From Asterias rubens (taxonomy: Eukaryota): a stretch of 64,000 nt of DNA. Position numbers and translations under genes: made by a program. The notes below the pieces were generated by a model that did no database searches, was not told the DNA's origin, and was given only the letters and a program-made list of their open reading frames with translations. The stretch is from positions 7,192,001 to 7,256,000 of the forward strand of contig NC_047079.1 of assembly GCF_902459465.1 (NCBI RefSeq). The letters are read 5' to 3'. This document shows, in pieces, positions 24,301-35,585 of the stretch; the first letter of the stretch is position 1; each line of letters starts with the position of its first letter.

Positions 24301-25745
24301 CCATGAAAATCGAGACTTCTTAAAACCATAATTTGTGAGTGCACGTTTTTTATGGTTTATAAACCATGATTTGTGAGTGCACACTTTTTATGGTTTGTAA
24401 ACCATGATTTCTGAGTGCACATTTTTTATGGTTTGTAAACCATGATTTGTGAGTGCACATTTTTTAAGGTTTGTAAACCATGATTTGTGAGTGCACATTT
24501 TTATGGTTTGTAAACCATGATTTGTAAGTGCACATTTTTTTATGGTTTACAAACAACGTTTTTGAGATGTGTAAATTGTCATGGTTTATAAACCATGTTT
24601 TTTAAGAAGTCTCGATTTTCATGGTTTATAAACCATGTTTTTTAAGAAGTCTCGATTTTCATGGTTTATAAACCATGGTCACAAACCATGATTTTATGGT
24701 TCATTTGTTATGGTTTATAAACCATGATTTGTAAACCACGATTTTTATTCTCCAATTTTCATGGTTTATAAACCATGTTTTTTAGATGTCTCAATTTTCA
24801 TGGTTTATAAACCATGATTTGTAAACCATGAATTTGATGCTTCAGTTTTTATGGTTTATTAACCATGTTTTTAAGATGCGTAAATTTTCTTGGTTTATGA
24901 ACCACGATTTGTAAATGTTTTTTGAATGTTCATGGTTTGTAAACCATAAACTTATACACAACAAATACTTTACTGGTATGTAAACCATAACAGGATTTGG
25001 CAACAGTTTCTATGGTTTACATCTAATTGCTGTAAACCATGGTAAAAACATGCCTTAAAAGTGTCAAACAATTAATGGACAAACGGCGCCCCATAGATTT
25101 GACCATTTTAATGAACAAGAATTTCAGACTTTTTATTTACTCAAGTAAAAAAAATCCTCAGTTGAAACGATAAAATTCTAAATATAAATTAAAATTTTAC
25201 CTTCAAACAATAATTGGAAACGTTTCCGTACCCAGGGGCAACCACTTTTCATTCAAAATGAAATAAAATAGTATCTATCTGGCGCCGCATACGGAAAGTT
25301 ATCCGTAATTAATATTTACAACAAAACTTACAAGTTTACAACAGTTAAATTTTTAAATAATCTGACTGATGTGTTAGTTAAACATTATATAATATAAATC
25401 ATAATTACTATTTTATAATAAAAATATATAGATTTATGATTTACTTATCTGCTCTCTCAACCATGCTCAATGTCGCTGAGCTGGGTAGATTCTCTCATCA
25501 CCCCCCCCCCCCCCCCCCCCCGTTTGACATTATAAAATTCAACCATCAAAATATGCACATTTTGAAAAATAAACTTTGTGTTAAGTTTGTCCCCATTATA
25601 TTGGTCATTGGTTGCCTACCTTGTTGTTACACAACGAGCTGACCGGACGAGTTGCAGACGGTGCGAAGATCAATCCACCTAGCGCTGCCTCTTGGAACAC
25701 TTTAGAAGGCCCAAGACGAAAACAAAGTCTTGCTGTTAGTAGCAT
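21331..25745 (-). CDS. SCO1: SCO1/SCO2 cytochrome c oxidase copper chaperone; 7 exons, ~308 aa
   Basis: Minus-strand exons 25745-25620, 23929-23765, 23587-23497, 23176-22979, 22500-22408, 22088-21973, 21468-21331; 927 nt in frame. Has an Arg/Ser-rich mitochondrial presequence-like N-terminus, a TM segment, [15 protein letters not shown] (CxxxC), FITIDPERD and YIVDHTII (copper-ligand His). Invertebrates usually have one SCO, so the SCO1 label is nominal. Confidence 0.93.
21725..21805 (-). mobile_element. tRNA-derived SINE fragment
   Basis: Minus strand reads GCTAGACAGCTGAGTTGGTAGAGCGCC (A box) ... GGTTCAAAGCC (B box); related fragment at ~10785-10885 (+). Confidence 0.6.
22720..22910. mobile_element. 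Short TIR element in a SCO intron
   Basis: CAGGCCTGGAATT ... AATTCCAGGCCTG, with an internal (ACCAGTACCA)x3 repeat. Confidence 0.55.
24086..25095. mobile_element. Non-autonomous foldback-type DNA transposon (1010 bp) in SCO intron 1
   Basis: Near-identical ~195-bp terminal inverted repeats (TATGGGGCGCC...GGCGCCCCATA), GATTTG directly flanking both ends (24080-24085, 25096-25101), and an interior built from ~38-40-bp units around CATGGTTTATAAACCATG. Confidence 0.85.
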
Positions 25746-26196
25746 TGTGTCTGAGCTTGATAATGAACATTAATGTACCATAAAAACTGTCGATTTATGA
25801 AGAGATTCTGACTTCAAATCACAATCACGGAGAGGGACTTCACTTCACCCAGTCACACAACTTGTTTTATGTAAGTTGCCATTGTAGGCCGCTTAGGTTT
25901 CTGATATTTTATTGTTCTCATAATTCATTTCATGGCTTTATTTTTTATTTTATTTTTGTTCAGCTAATTAAAAAAAAAACCCATATATTTACATTATTTC
26001 CTACTACCTAATAAAGATATATAAAAAACAATTACGATTTTGATTTTAACACTGCTGTAACATTAACGATAATATTTTTAGTAAGCTAAAGGGCCTTTTA
26101 TCACAAGGTCTGGTACCCAGTCGCAGTTCAGCTAAACTGAACATAGATGTGGTAGGAAACTGACTAACCATTGTAAAGCAAAAAATCAACATCAAA
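25746..26196. promoter_or_regulatory. Probable bidirectional promoter between head-to-head SCO and SRPRB
   Basis: The two start codons face away from each other, only ~450 bp apart. Confidence 0.6.
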
Positions 26197-28418
26197 ATGG
26201 AGGACAGACGACGTGTGGAGAATTTTGACATGGAGAGAACGATTCATTTCCTGAAACAGGAACTTTCCAAACAAGATCCTATGGTTCTGGGCGTTGGAGT
26301 AGCTGTGGCTGTTGTAATTCTTACTATTGGTAATTATTTTGGAATAAATGTTTGTTCGCTTGAGAAGTGTGCAATAAAACAAAATAGCCATATGTTTGTA
26401 AAGAAAGGAAAGTAAATGCATTAATTGCAATGCCAATGGCAATGCATTGCAATGCAATGCACTCTGCAGTATATTTTGCTTGAGTCAGCACTCAGCTCTG
26501 ACTGTGACTGTCTGATGGGAGTGATGGCCTTTGTTTTTTGGAAAACTTGCCGTATCCTGCCACCACATTTTAATTCGTTATGAAATAATTTAAACTCCCT
26601 CGCTCAAATGAGATATTCCTTTTTGTTAAAATAATGAGTGAAATTGAAAAGGTTGTGTGGTGGTGGCAGGATACGGAAATTTTCCCACGAATTGTATGTA
26701 AACTAATTGTTGTATTTTTGTAAGCCAGTTAAAAACAAAGTAAAACTAAAAGTTTTTCTTGTTCTTGATTTTGTTTCACTTTCAGTATTTCTTTTTATAC
26801 TTGCAAGAAGGAAAAACAAAAGGAACTCTGTTCTTCTCGTTGGACTGTGTGATGCAGGAAAGACTTTACTATTCAGCCGAGTAAGTTGATACAAAAATGA
26901 TAACAAAAAAATGATATAAAAAACATAAAGTATACTATCGGTTTTATATAAAAAAATGCATAATCCATGTGATAAAATCTACAAAACCAAGTTTTTGTGG
27001 AAACTTGAACTAAAACTTAAAGGCAGTGGATTCTATTGGTAATTACTCAAAATAATTATTAGCATAAAACCTTTCTTGGTGACGAGTAATGGGGAGAGAA
27101 TGATGGTATAAAACATTGTGGGAAACGGCTCCCTCTGAAGTACCATAGTTTCCGAGAAAGAAGTAATTTTCCACGAATTTGATTTCGAGACCTCAAGTTT
27201 AAAACTTGAGGTCTCGAAACCAACCATCGAAACGTACACAACTTCGTGTGACAAGGGTGTTTTTTTCTTTCATTATTATCTTGCAAGTTCGATGACCAAT
27301 TGAGCTCAAACTTTCACAGGTTTGTTATTTTATGCATATGTTGAGATACACCAACTGTGAAGGCTCGTCTTTGACATTACCAATAGTGTCCACTGCCTTT
27401 AAAAAGGAAACGTACTGTAAATATATTAATATCATTGTTGTTATCTTTTGCCTTCAATAGTTGGTCCACAATAAATACATCAACAGCTATACATCAATCA
27501 AGGAAAACTCTGGCATCTATCAGTTGACTGGAAGAAAGAAGGGCGCCCTCGTGGTCATTGATGTGCCAGGAAATGATCGCCAACGTATGCAATTTTGGGA
27601 CCGCTTTAAAAACCAAGCCAGGTATACTGTCAGATTTCAAATTTATCAATACTGTACTGCTTTCAATGTTTCCGCTCCTTTGTTTTAGAATTTCCATTGA
27701 ATGGATTATTTTGTTGTTTAAAAGAATTATTATTATTTTTTTTTTTTATTCGATTTACAAAGAACACTGCCAGGTTTGAAACTTTCTGGTTCCTCACTTG
27801 CAATTAATTAATCTACCCATTCTTTTTACTGGTGGTCAGTTTGCAACAGAAATGCCTAAATATTTATTTTTTCATTTTCTAATTTCAGGGGCATTATTTT
27901 TGTGGTAGACAGCGCATCCTTCCAGAGTGAGCTAAAAGAAGTAGCTGAATTCGTGTACACCTTACTCTCTGATCACATCATCAGCCAACACAAGCTTTCT
28001 GTGCTCATCGCTTGTAACAAACAGGACATGGCTGTGGCAAAGTCCAGCAAGATCATCCAAGAAAGACTAGAAAAAGAAATGTAAGTTGTGATACAAAAAA
28101 GCTACTTCATATGTGACAGGTTCGAATCCCAGCCACTTCAAATGTGACAGGTTCAAATCCCAGCAATTTCATACTATTTTCTATTTCCCTTATCTTTGAA
28201 GGAACACCTTGCGAGTAAGCAGAGCAGCCACTCTGGGCAGCACTGATGGGTCCAGTGGCGGGGAGGTTTTCCTCGGAGCTAGAGGGAAAGAGTTTAAGTT
28301 CAGCCAATTGTCCCCAGTCACTGTGGAGTTTGCAGAGTGCAGTGCAAAGGGAACCAGTGATGAAGACGGACAAGGAGAGCTCAACATTGTGGAAGAGTGG
28401 ATGAACAGGATTGCGTGA
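26197..28418 (+). CDS. SRPRB: Signal recognition particle receptor beta subunit; 5 exons, ~265 aa
   Basis: Exons 26197-26329, 26786-26880, 27461-27621, 27889-28080, 28202-28418; 798 nt. N-terminal TM, P-loop GLCDAGKT, DVPG, GIIFVVDS, IACNKQD, RVSRAA. Confidence 0.95.
27021..27398. mobile_element. Kolobok-type MITE, family A (opposite orientation), SRPRB intron 2
   Basis: TTAA TSD at 27017-27020 and 27399-27402; AGGCAGTGG TIRs; internal hairpin GATTTCGAGACCTCAAG..CTTGAGGTCTCGAAA. Confidence 0.88.
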
Positions 28419-28449
28419 GTTCAGGCACAAAAATGTGTGGATAATCGGC

Positions 28450-28765
28450 AAATGAATATTCGATAGTTACTTATGAATATTTAATACATACTGTGAATTG
28501 TCAACACAAACTCATGAATATTCAATAGGTACTGTGTATTATTGTCAAAACAAGTTCATGAATATTCAACAGAGCTGTGATTATTCAAAACTTTTTAAAG
28601 TTAAACACATACTGTGAATGGTCAACACAACCTCATGAATATTCAACAAACCTGTGACTATTCAATACTTTATTATGAATATTCATCACATACTGTGAAT
28701 TTTCTACACAAACTCATGAAATTAAACAGAACTGTGAATATTCAATACTTAAATAATTCGAAGTG
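28450..28765. repeat. Degenerate tandem repeat rich in TGAATATTCA, 3' of SRPRB
   Basis: Recurring ATGAATATTCAA / TACTGTGAAT / CACAAACTCATG blocks. Confidence 0.7.
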
Positions 28766-29237
28766 AACAGTTTTGAATACTGAAAGAAGCCCAAAGTGTT
28801 ACTGTTATTTGAGCCTTATTGTACTTTAATTCGATAGTGTAAAGAAAAACTCAATTTTAAAAGACATTGAGTTTCTGTGCACTTGCTTTTAAAAACACTA
28901 TACAGTTCGTTAAAAGACTTTCGTTTGCTCCTTATTTCTGTTTAAACACAAGCATTAATAATCGAGCATTTTGTATGAAATCAATCTGCATGTTTTATCT
29001 TCAAACACTTAAAAATTAATTTGTCAGATTGACTAAGTCTACTGCAAAACATTAGTTTCATTATATTGGGGGTAAGATACAAATTTGTTATGCTGTATTG
29101 ACAACTCATGTTTTTAAATAATAAAACGAAACAAAAACAATCGACTGGTAAAAAAAGTAAGCTTAGTACGTGTGTGTTAATTATTTCCCCAGCTAAGCCA
29201 ACAGAACCTGTTCGATAATTTAAAGCAGTCAATTTTG

Positions 29238-31114
29238 TCAAGGACTCCCGCAAACTTTGCAAACCTGGAAATTCCCAAAGCTATGAAACACCCAGTCAGC
29301 ATGGACGTTATGTTTGGCGGCGATGGAGGCCCAACGGACGGTGAGTGGGTCGGGGTCCTGCCAAGTGAAGAACGCTGGCTGACCTCTCTTCCCTACCATC
29401 GTCAGACCGTTGTAGTTCATCACCCAGAAATGGTGGTACTCATCTACTGACATCAATCCTAGTAGATCAACCTGGTGTTGAATCTGGCACAGGTGACACC
29501 TTCGTATCCGGACCTTATCATCATTCTTCTCGCCAAAGGCTAAACAAATCAAAAAGTGAACAAACTTAACTCTACTTTGAGATTCTACACAATTTCCATT
29601 TTTCTCGGCATTGTTGATAAAAAAACAGGAATCGACATTTATTTTTGTGCATAAATACCATTTTTCTGGGATAAGTTGGAGAAAAAAAATAGACTGCTTT
29701 TCAAAATTCATGCGTAATTCCCTTTTTTCTGGGATTTGTTGAGAACAAACAGCTCTACAAGATTCATGCACAATTGTTATTTTTTCTCAGCATTGTTGAT
29801 AAGAAACTGGACACAACGTTTCAATATTTATGCACAATTCACGTTTCTGCTTGAATTTGATGGGATTTGATGACGTGAAACTTAACTAAACAATTGCTGG
29901 CAGCTGGCACAAACAAAGAACTCAAAACAAAATTCTCACCAATCACGTACATTCTTCGATGGTAAACTCCTTTCTCCTCAGCCAACCCTACGTACACCGT
30001 TGAGCTTGCCCGTACTGAGAACACCATAACAAACACTTCTGCTGGGTCGAATGGCGGGAAAATGAACCTGTAATTGGCATCCGGGCTGGATGGTATCACG
30101 TATTCAAATGGTGAGGAATTACCTGTAATCGATCATTGGCGTATGTGGTTACCAGTGAAATAATGTACCCTGGGGGAACAACTCCGTCATACGAGGCATC
30201 TTTTACAACTTAAAGGCAACCTACTGCCACATGCATACCACATGACCACTTCGGTAGCACATGGGTCGTTTTTCAAACAATTACAAACGGTTACAAACGG
30301 TCCCCATCCATGTGAACATTGAATTGTGAATGGCTTTTTTTTTCATGGAGATTAACTGGAACTGGTTTCCTGTAAATGTGACATGGTCTTAAGGTAAACC
30401 GACTAACAACTAAACTCATTGGAAGTCTTTGAAGGATTTTGGACTTTATGTATTAAGACCAAACTGTGTTCAAAATGTGTAATGGGATTGTGAAGGAATA
30501 GAACAGCTTTTTCCAATGCATTCATATTTTGATGGAGGTACGAATTTGTAGAAAGTTTCTCACTGTGTAAAAATAAAGCTACTAAATTGATTGATCACTT
30601 ACATGTTGTCAAATTGGACTGTGATCTCCATTTGGTGTCATTATCTTCCTGTTGAATGAAACAGTCAAAACAAAATGTCAACTATAAGTATTAAATTTAA
30701 CACTTGGAGACAAAGAGTGCTTAACAATGATATTGTGCTATAATAATTGGCGAACAAAATGGAGACTAGAGGTTAAGATATGATGACCTTTGACACTTCG
30801 TAGTAGGTGCAATTTACGTCCACCTGGAGGTCACCGGGATACTGTTCAGCCGTAACATTATGAAGTTCACACCGTTGGGCGTCCTTGCAGAAACTGAAGG
30901 CACTACATGCAGTGTCTTGGAGGCATAACCCGGCGCAGGATAGCGGCGACCACTCGCTCTGCCACGAATACGTATGATCTTGAAGTACTTGATTTGGTGC
31001 TGGACAAGTGGTCGTTGATGTAACAACACCTTTAAACTGCAGTAGAATTACTAAGAAGACATGACTTATAGGCCTAATGGTAAACTTTGATTGGTGTACT
31101 TTGATCAGCTTCAT
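29238..31114 (-). CDS. Secreted protein: PAN/Apple domain plus FAMeT-like (Methyltransf_FA-type) domain; 4 exons, ~285 aa
   Basis: Exons 31114-30788, 30648-30603, 30122-29940, 29539-29238; phases 0/1/1, 858 nt. Hydrophobic N-terminal stretch, PAN-type pattern CAGLCLQDTACSAFSF...C-L, then FSVRASS...IRRC...DEYHHFWV...VGKRG..FFTWQDP resembling the FAMeT domain. The first donor (AAG|GTCATC) is weak. Confidence 0.7.
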
Positions 31115-31934
31115 CTTTCTGACCACACAGGCTAGGCATTATGCATCTTTTTTGTTTGTCATTGGGAGCGCGTGCCGAGTTTGTGTCCCTTTATTCTCGC
31201 GCCACTTTTTGGGCGCGTAAATCGACCAATAATTTAACAACAATCCTGTTGGTGAGCGTGGGCGCACTACTTCCTACTACCCCTCTCGCGGCACCTGAGC
31301 TAAAGTTTGCATGATGTTTAATGATTAGATTTGATCACATCCCTTGATGTCTAATCAATCAAATTCAGTGTCAGGAACGCTCCATTTCCATTATGATAGA
31401 CCCCTTGCATAGGCCGCCATTTTAGACGAAAAACAATGAAAACCTGTACGCGTTGCACAAGACTCATAGCCAATACGCATATTTGTTTTAGCAGCAATGG
31501 CTGCAAAAACAAGGGATCTTTTGTGGAAGAGTGGAGGGAGGCTCAGAGCCCTCCGATAATCTACGAAAATCGAAGTGGAAGCCTCACCCGTATTGTTCCT
31601 GGTGGTTTATTTTATCGGTGGGTCTTGTAAGATTTTCATTATTATATGGTTTTTGGTAAACAGTCAAATCCAACAAGAAAAAAACTAACCTGTTTGGGCA
31701 ACAAAATATTTGATATTGAGTAAAATATAAACACCAACAACTAAATCAATCGAGCAAGTTGTGTTCTTATCTCTTTCAGCTGTGCTTGTTCTAGCGTTTA
31801 TTTATTTTTTATTATTTTCAAAATTAAACAATTAAACAAAATTATCACTAATTATTATCAAAAACCAGAAGAAAACAATAGTTCCGAAGCCATGAAAGTC
31901 TAAAGAGCTTAATTTTCAAAAGTCTTTTTTTATT

Positions 31935-33323
31935 TTAGTGCAATGTAAACCATTCAGGAGATACCACCCTTCCACCTGTCATCTCTGACCACATGTCGAT
32001 CATGCTTTCATCTTTTACAAACTGGTGCATTCGAAATCCTTCATGTCTTGGGTTGTCCTTTCTGTAATGGACGAGTCTAAGCTCAGACTCAGGGTCAAGG
32101 GTCAAAGTGTCACTTCCAACTTTAACTCCATGGATTTTGAAATAGTGCACGTTGATTGGTCGAATGATGCATTTGTCGCGTCCTCGGTTCTCCTTCGTAG
32201 CACTTGGAGTTCTCCACGGGTTCCTCTCGAAAACAGTTTTAGCTTCGACAACTTTTTTCTTGGCGTAAGGTGGCCTGCCAAAGAACCAGTTCCGAATCCG
32301 AACGGTTCCTAAAGAACTCAAGTACGGATCTTGTAGATAATCAGTAATCTTAGTTCTGACCGGATCCATGGGTTGGACGAATTCATCAACGTCTACTTTT
32401 AACATCCAGTGCGTGTTGTGACGGTGTCGCCATAGACAGTCATTTTCATGAGCTATTTGAACTTCTAAGTAAGTCTTATTTGGACTCGGTGTATGAGCCC
32501 ATGGTATGATAGTCAGGAACCCAGACTCAATGTACCCTTCAAGATCACCTGACATCGTTGCGTTGGGATCATTGTCGTAGATATAGACATGTTCAACACC
32601 AAGTTTCTTGTAATAATACATCCAATCTGGGATGAACTTTGACATGTCTTTGACCATAGTGCAAAGACTCAAAAACCGCTGCTCTTTCTCAGTGAGGCAA
32701 ACCGGTACGCCCATGTAAGCGTACTCCGGATTGGACAGCAGACGAAAGTTTACTCTGAACCGACCAATAGTGTGCTGTTTGACTTGGGTCATGAAGTGAT
32801 GCGGCACAGGGCATGTGATGATAATGAGGTATTGCGGGTAACCACCGAAACTTAGAAAGTCTTTTACAATAGGATCAGTGATACTCATCTCGCCGTTAGG
32901 AAATTCACAGATGTACCTCTCTGCGTCCCAATCATCTTCATAGCTCCGGACTCCTACAAAAACGACTTCATCTCTTGTGGACTCCACAAAGGCGGAGTGG
33001 AGAGTAGGGAGCTTCGAGCAGCTGAGTTTCTCGCTAAGGTAGCAACCGCTTGCTGAGTTTTGAAGATTTCTGGTCCCAGAGCTGTCACACAAAAACGTCG
33101 AAAAACTAGTGGACAGCTTGAACTTTTCCCAACTATCCTTTCCCCACTGTATCCAAGGTTTGATTCCCCTAGAGTTGGCGTCTTGTGTTGCAGGAAACGA
33201 GAGGAGGAAAACGAAGAGCAACCATGCTGCTAGTACAACGAACAGCGCCCTCTTACATTGGGAGCGCTTGGAGCGTAACATGATTGGCTGGGCGTGCCGA
33301 ATAATGGCAGGGGATTCATTCAC
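31935..33323 (-). CDS. Glycosyltransferase family 92 / DUF23-like type II membrane protein; single-exon CDS, 462 aa
   Basis: Uninterrupted ORF with a signal anchor (LFVVLAAWLLFVFLL), LSLCTMVKD..FIPDWMYYYKKLGVEHVYIYDN, QIAHENDCLWR and WMLKVDVDEF (DxD). Probable non-coding upstream exon with donor near 34018. Confidence 0.82.
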   Translation of the reverse strand: MNESPAIIRHAQPIMLRSKRSQCKRALFVVLAAWLLFVFLLSFPATQDANSRGIKPWIQWGKDSWEKFKLSTSFSTFLCDSSGTRNLQNSASGCYLSEKLSCSKLPTLHSAFVESTRDEVVFVGVRSYEDDWDAERYICEFPNGEMSITDPIVKDFLSFGGYPQYLIIITCPVPHHFMTQVKQHTIGRFRVNFRLLSNPEYAYMGVPVCLTEKEQRFLSLCTMVKDMSKFIPDWMYYYKKLGVEHVYIYDNDPNATMSGDLEGYIESGFLTIIPWAHTPSPNKTYLEVQIAHENDCLWRHRHNTHWMLKVDVDEFVQPMDPVRTKITDYLQDPYLSSLGTVRIRNWFFGRPPYAKKKVVEAKTVFERNPWRTPSATKENRGRDKCIIRPINVHYFKIHGVKVGSDTLTLDPESELRLVHYRKDNPRHEGFRMHQFVKDESMIDMWSEMTGGRVVSPEWFTLH

Positions 33324-34929
33324 ACTTTACACAATTTCACGTTGAAACTCATGTTTAATTTCACTTCATCCAGACAAGTCACAAGATGGAGTCATGGGTC
33401 CTTCCCCTAGTGCGAAAGTCATCAGACACAGATCTGAAACATACACAAATAAAGCGTATAGTGTCAATGGCTCTAAACCTCAGCTCACTGATGTGACATA
33501 CAATAATTACTTAAAATATCGAATAAAATCATATATTGTTTCATCTTTACTTAATGTGTTCTCTAATCAAGAGTAAATAAATAACTTAGTTTAATGAAAC
33601 CAAGATCAACATCAGTCGGGAGCTGCGATGGCTTGTCCGACAGGATTTTGGAAGCCATCGACTAATAACAGCGCGAATCTCACCGTCGGTATAGTGGTAG
33701 AACCGAGATGTTTTCCCCCAACAATACAAATAATTGCATTCTATACATAGACACCAATATTTTCTGTTTTAAGTTCAATTGCAAACCTGCATTACGATCA
33801 CATTGGTTCCAACATTGTCCAAAATTTCAAATGAACGAGCCAGTCACTATTTAAATAATTGTTTTATTCCTCCTCCATGGTGTTATTGAATTGTAACAGT
33901 CCATACCTGAGTTGGCCAAATCATAGACTTGCTTGATACTTTACGTTCAAGCAGACATTGTTGCTGTTGCTTTAACAGCCAAATGTAAACCTTATTTGAA
34001 GTCCAATCTGAACAAAATTTCGTGTGAAATTTCTTACCTTCATTCCACAAACGACCGTAAATTCCCATTGACATCCTCCATCGGAGAGTTAAACTGTATA
34101 ACTTAAAAGTAGTGTTGAGTTTGCACACTTCGAATTGTTGCGTGTAAACACAACAGTCCAACGGTCACCCTGTGGGTTTTCTGAATAAAAGATAACACAA
34201 AGGTTGCAGACACTCAGCATTCTTCCATTCTGTGCGATTAAACTGATTACTGTTGACGAAGTTACACCTGGAGCCTCTACGAGATTAAAGAGGTCATAAA
34301 GCCATCAGACATCTCGTTCATTTGAATGATTTCGACCCCCCCCCCCCTCACACCTTTATGGAGCTCCAGGACAGGGGCGAGACTAACTTGTTCAAATACT
34401 CATGTTTTGTGTTATCAATCTTATTGATCATTATTTTGACCATTTTGTTCACAATCTTTCGTAAACACGCAGTGTGACATTATTGTTGGTTAAGTTTTAA
34501 ATATCTTGAAAATTAAGGGTTGAAATATGTAGTTGCAAGTTCCCTTTAAATAATGTTTGTGTGAAAACGTCTAGACTTAATTTGCCGGCTCGACCATTAC
34601 CTCTTGAGCCTTTGCAGCAGAAAGTACATTCATCTCTCGTCAGGGTCTCAGAGAGGAGATTATCTTACAAAGCAAGGTTTTATTTTCTTAAACATTCAAT
34701 AACTTTCATCAACCAAAATGCGGAATGGATAATGTTTGCTTTCAAGGAAAGGATGAGTGCGTCCCACTTAATCCCCTTAAACAAAAACCATGAACGTATT
34801 GTTGTAGGCCTAGTGTTATGTTTTGTTCGATGTACACCATGTCCAAAGTTACAAGAGCTGATGAAAAAGATACAAAATTGGTAAACATGTCTTCTATGAA
34901 GTGTATTATACCCGTATCAAGCCTATAAT

Positions 34930-35245
34930 GGACAACTGATGACATCACCGTGATGTCATAGCGTATTTCGTGTTAAGCAATTGCGATTCGATAAGTGTGC
35001 TAAGTGTGCTATAAAATAAGTTCACACAAATTGAACTTGCAACAGATTTTTAGTAAACTATAGTTCCTTTTATCTTACATTTTTGAAATGAGGAACTTTG
35101 ATCAAGCTTATTATGGAAAACTAATGACGTCACCGTGACGTTATAGCGTATTTCGTACTCAGATACTGCGATTCAAAAAGTGTGCTAAGTGAAAACCAAA
35201 GTTAAACTTGTAAAATGTTTTCAGTAAACTATAGTTCCTTTATTA
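34930..35245. repeat. Imperfect ~185-bp direct duplication, each unit with a CRE-like dyad
   Basis: Units start near 34935 and 35120 and share AGCGTATTTCGT, TGCGATTC, AAGTGTGCTAAGTG and AAACTATAGTTCCTTT. Confidence 0.75.
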
Positions 35246-35585
35246 ATCTTGCAGAACTAGTTCCTTTAATCTTGCAAACCCAGTACGGCAACAACTGGAC
35301 CCCCCCCCCCCCCCTCCCACACCACCACCACCACCACCGATCCAACAGACACACACCAAGACTAACTCAAACCAACCATTGGAGTTCTCTTTCTAAATTT
35401 TCGCATTAAAAATAAAATGAAAAACGAGAAACTAAATACGCAATGCCATTGGCCACAATGACAACACATGTTTTATTATCGACTATCTGTTTATTCAGCA
35501 TGTATATACCGATCCAAAGTTCATCGGCAGTAATTTGAAGCATTGAATAATACCATCACTAGGTAGTAGTCACAACCGGGTTAGA

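Noticed and set aside
24320-24550. Regularly spaced repeats resembling a CRISPR array
   Set aside because: The 'spacers' are near-identical to each other, no cas genes are present, the context is a eukaryotic intron, and the array lies within transposon TIRs.
25201-25252. ATG-containing segment with a donor at 25200 as the SCO first exon
   Set aside because: It ends in phase 1 while the next exon needs phase 0; the 25745-25620 exon fits the phase and looks like a mitochondrial presequence.
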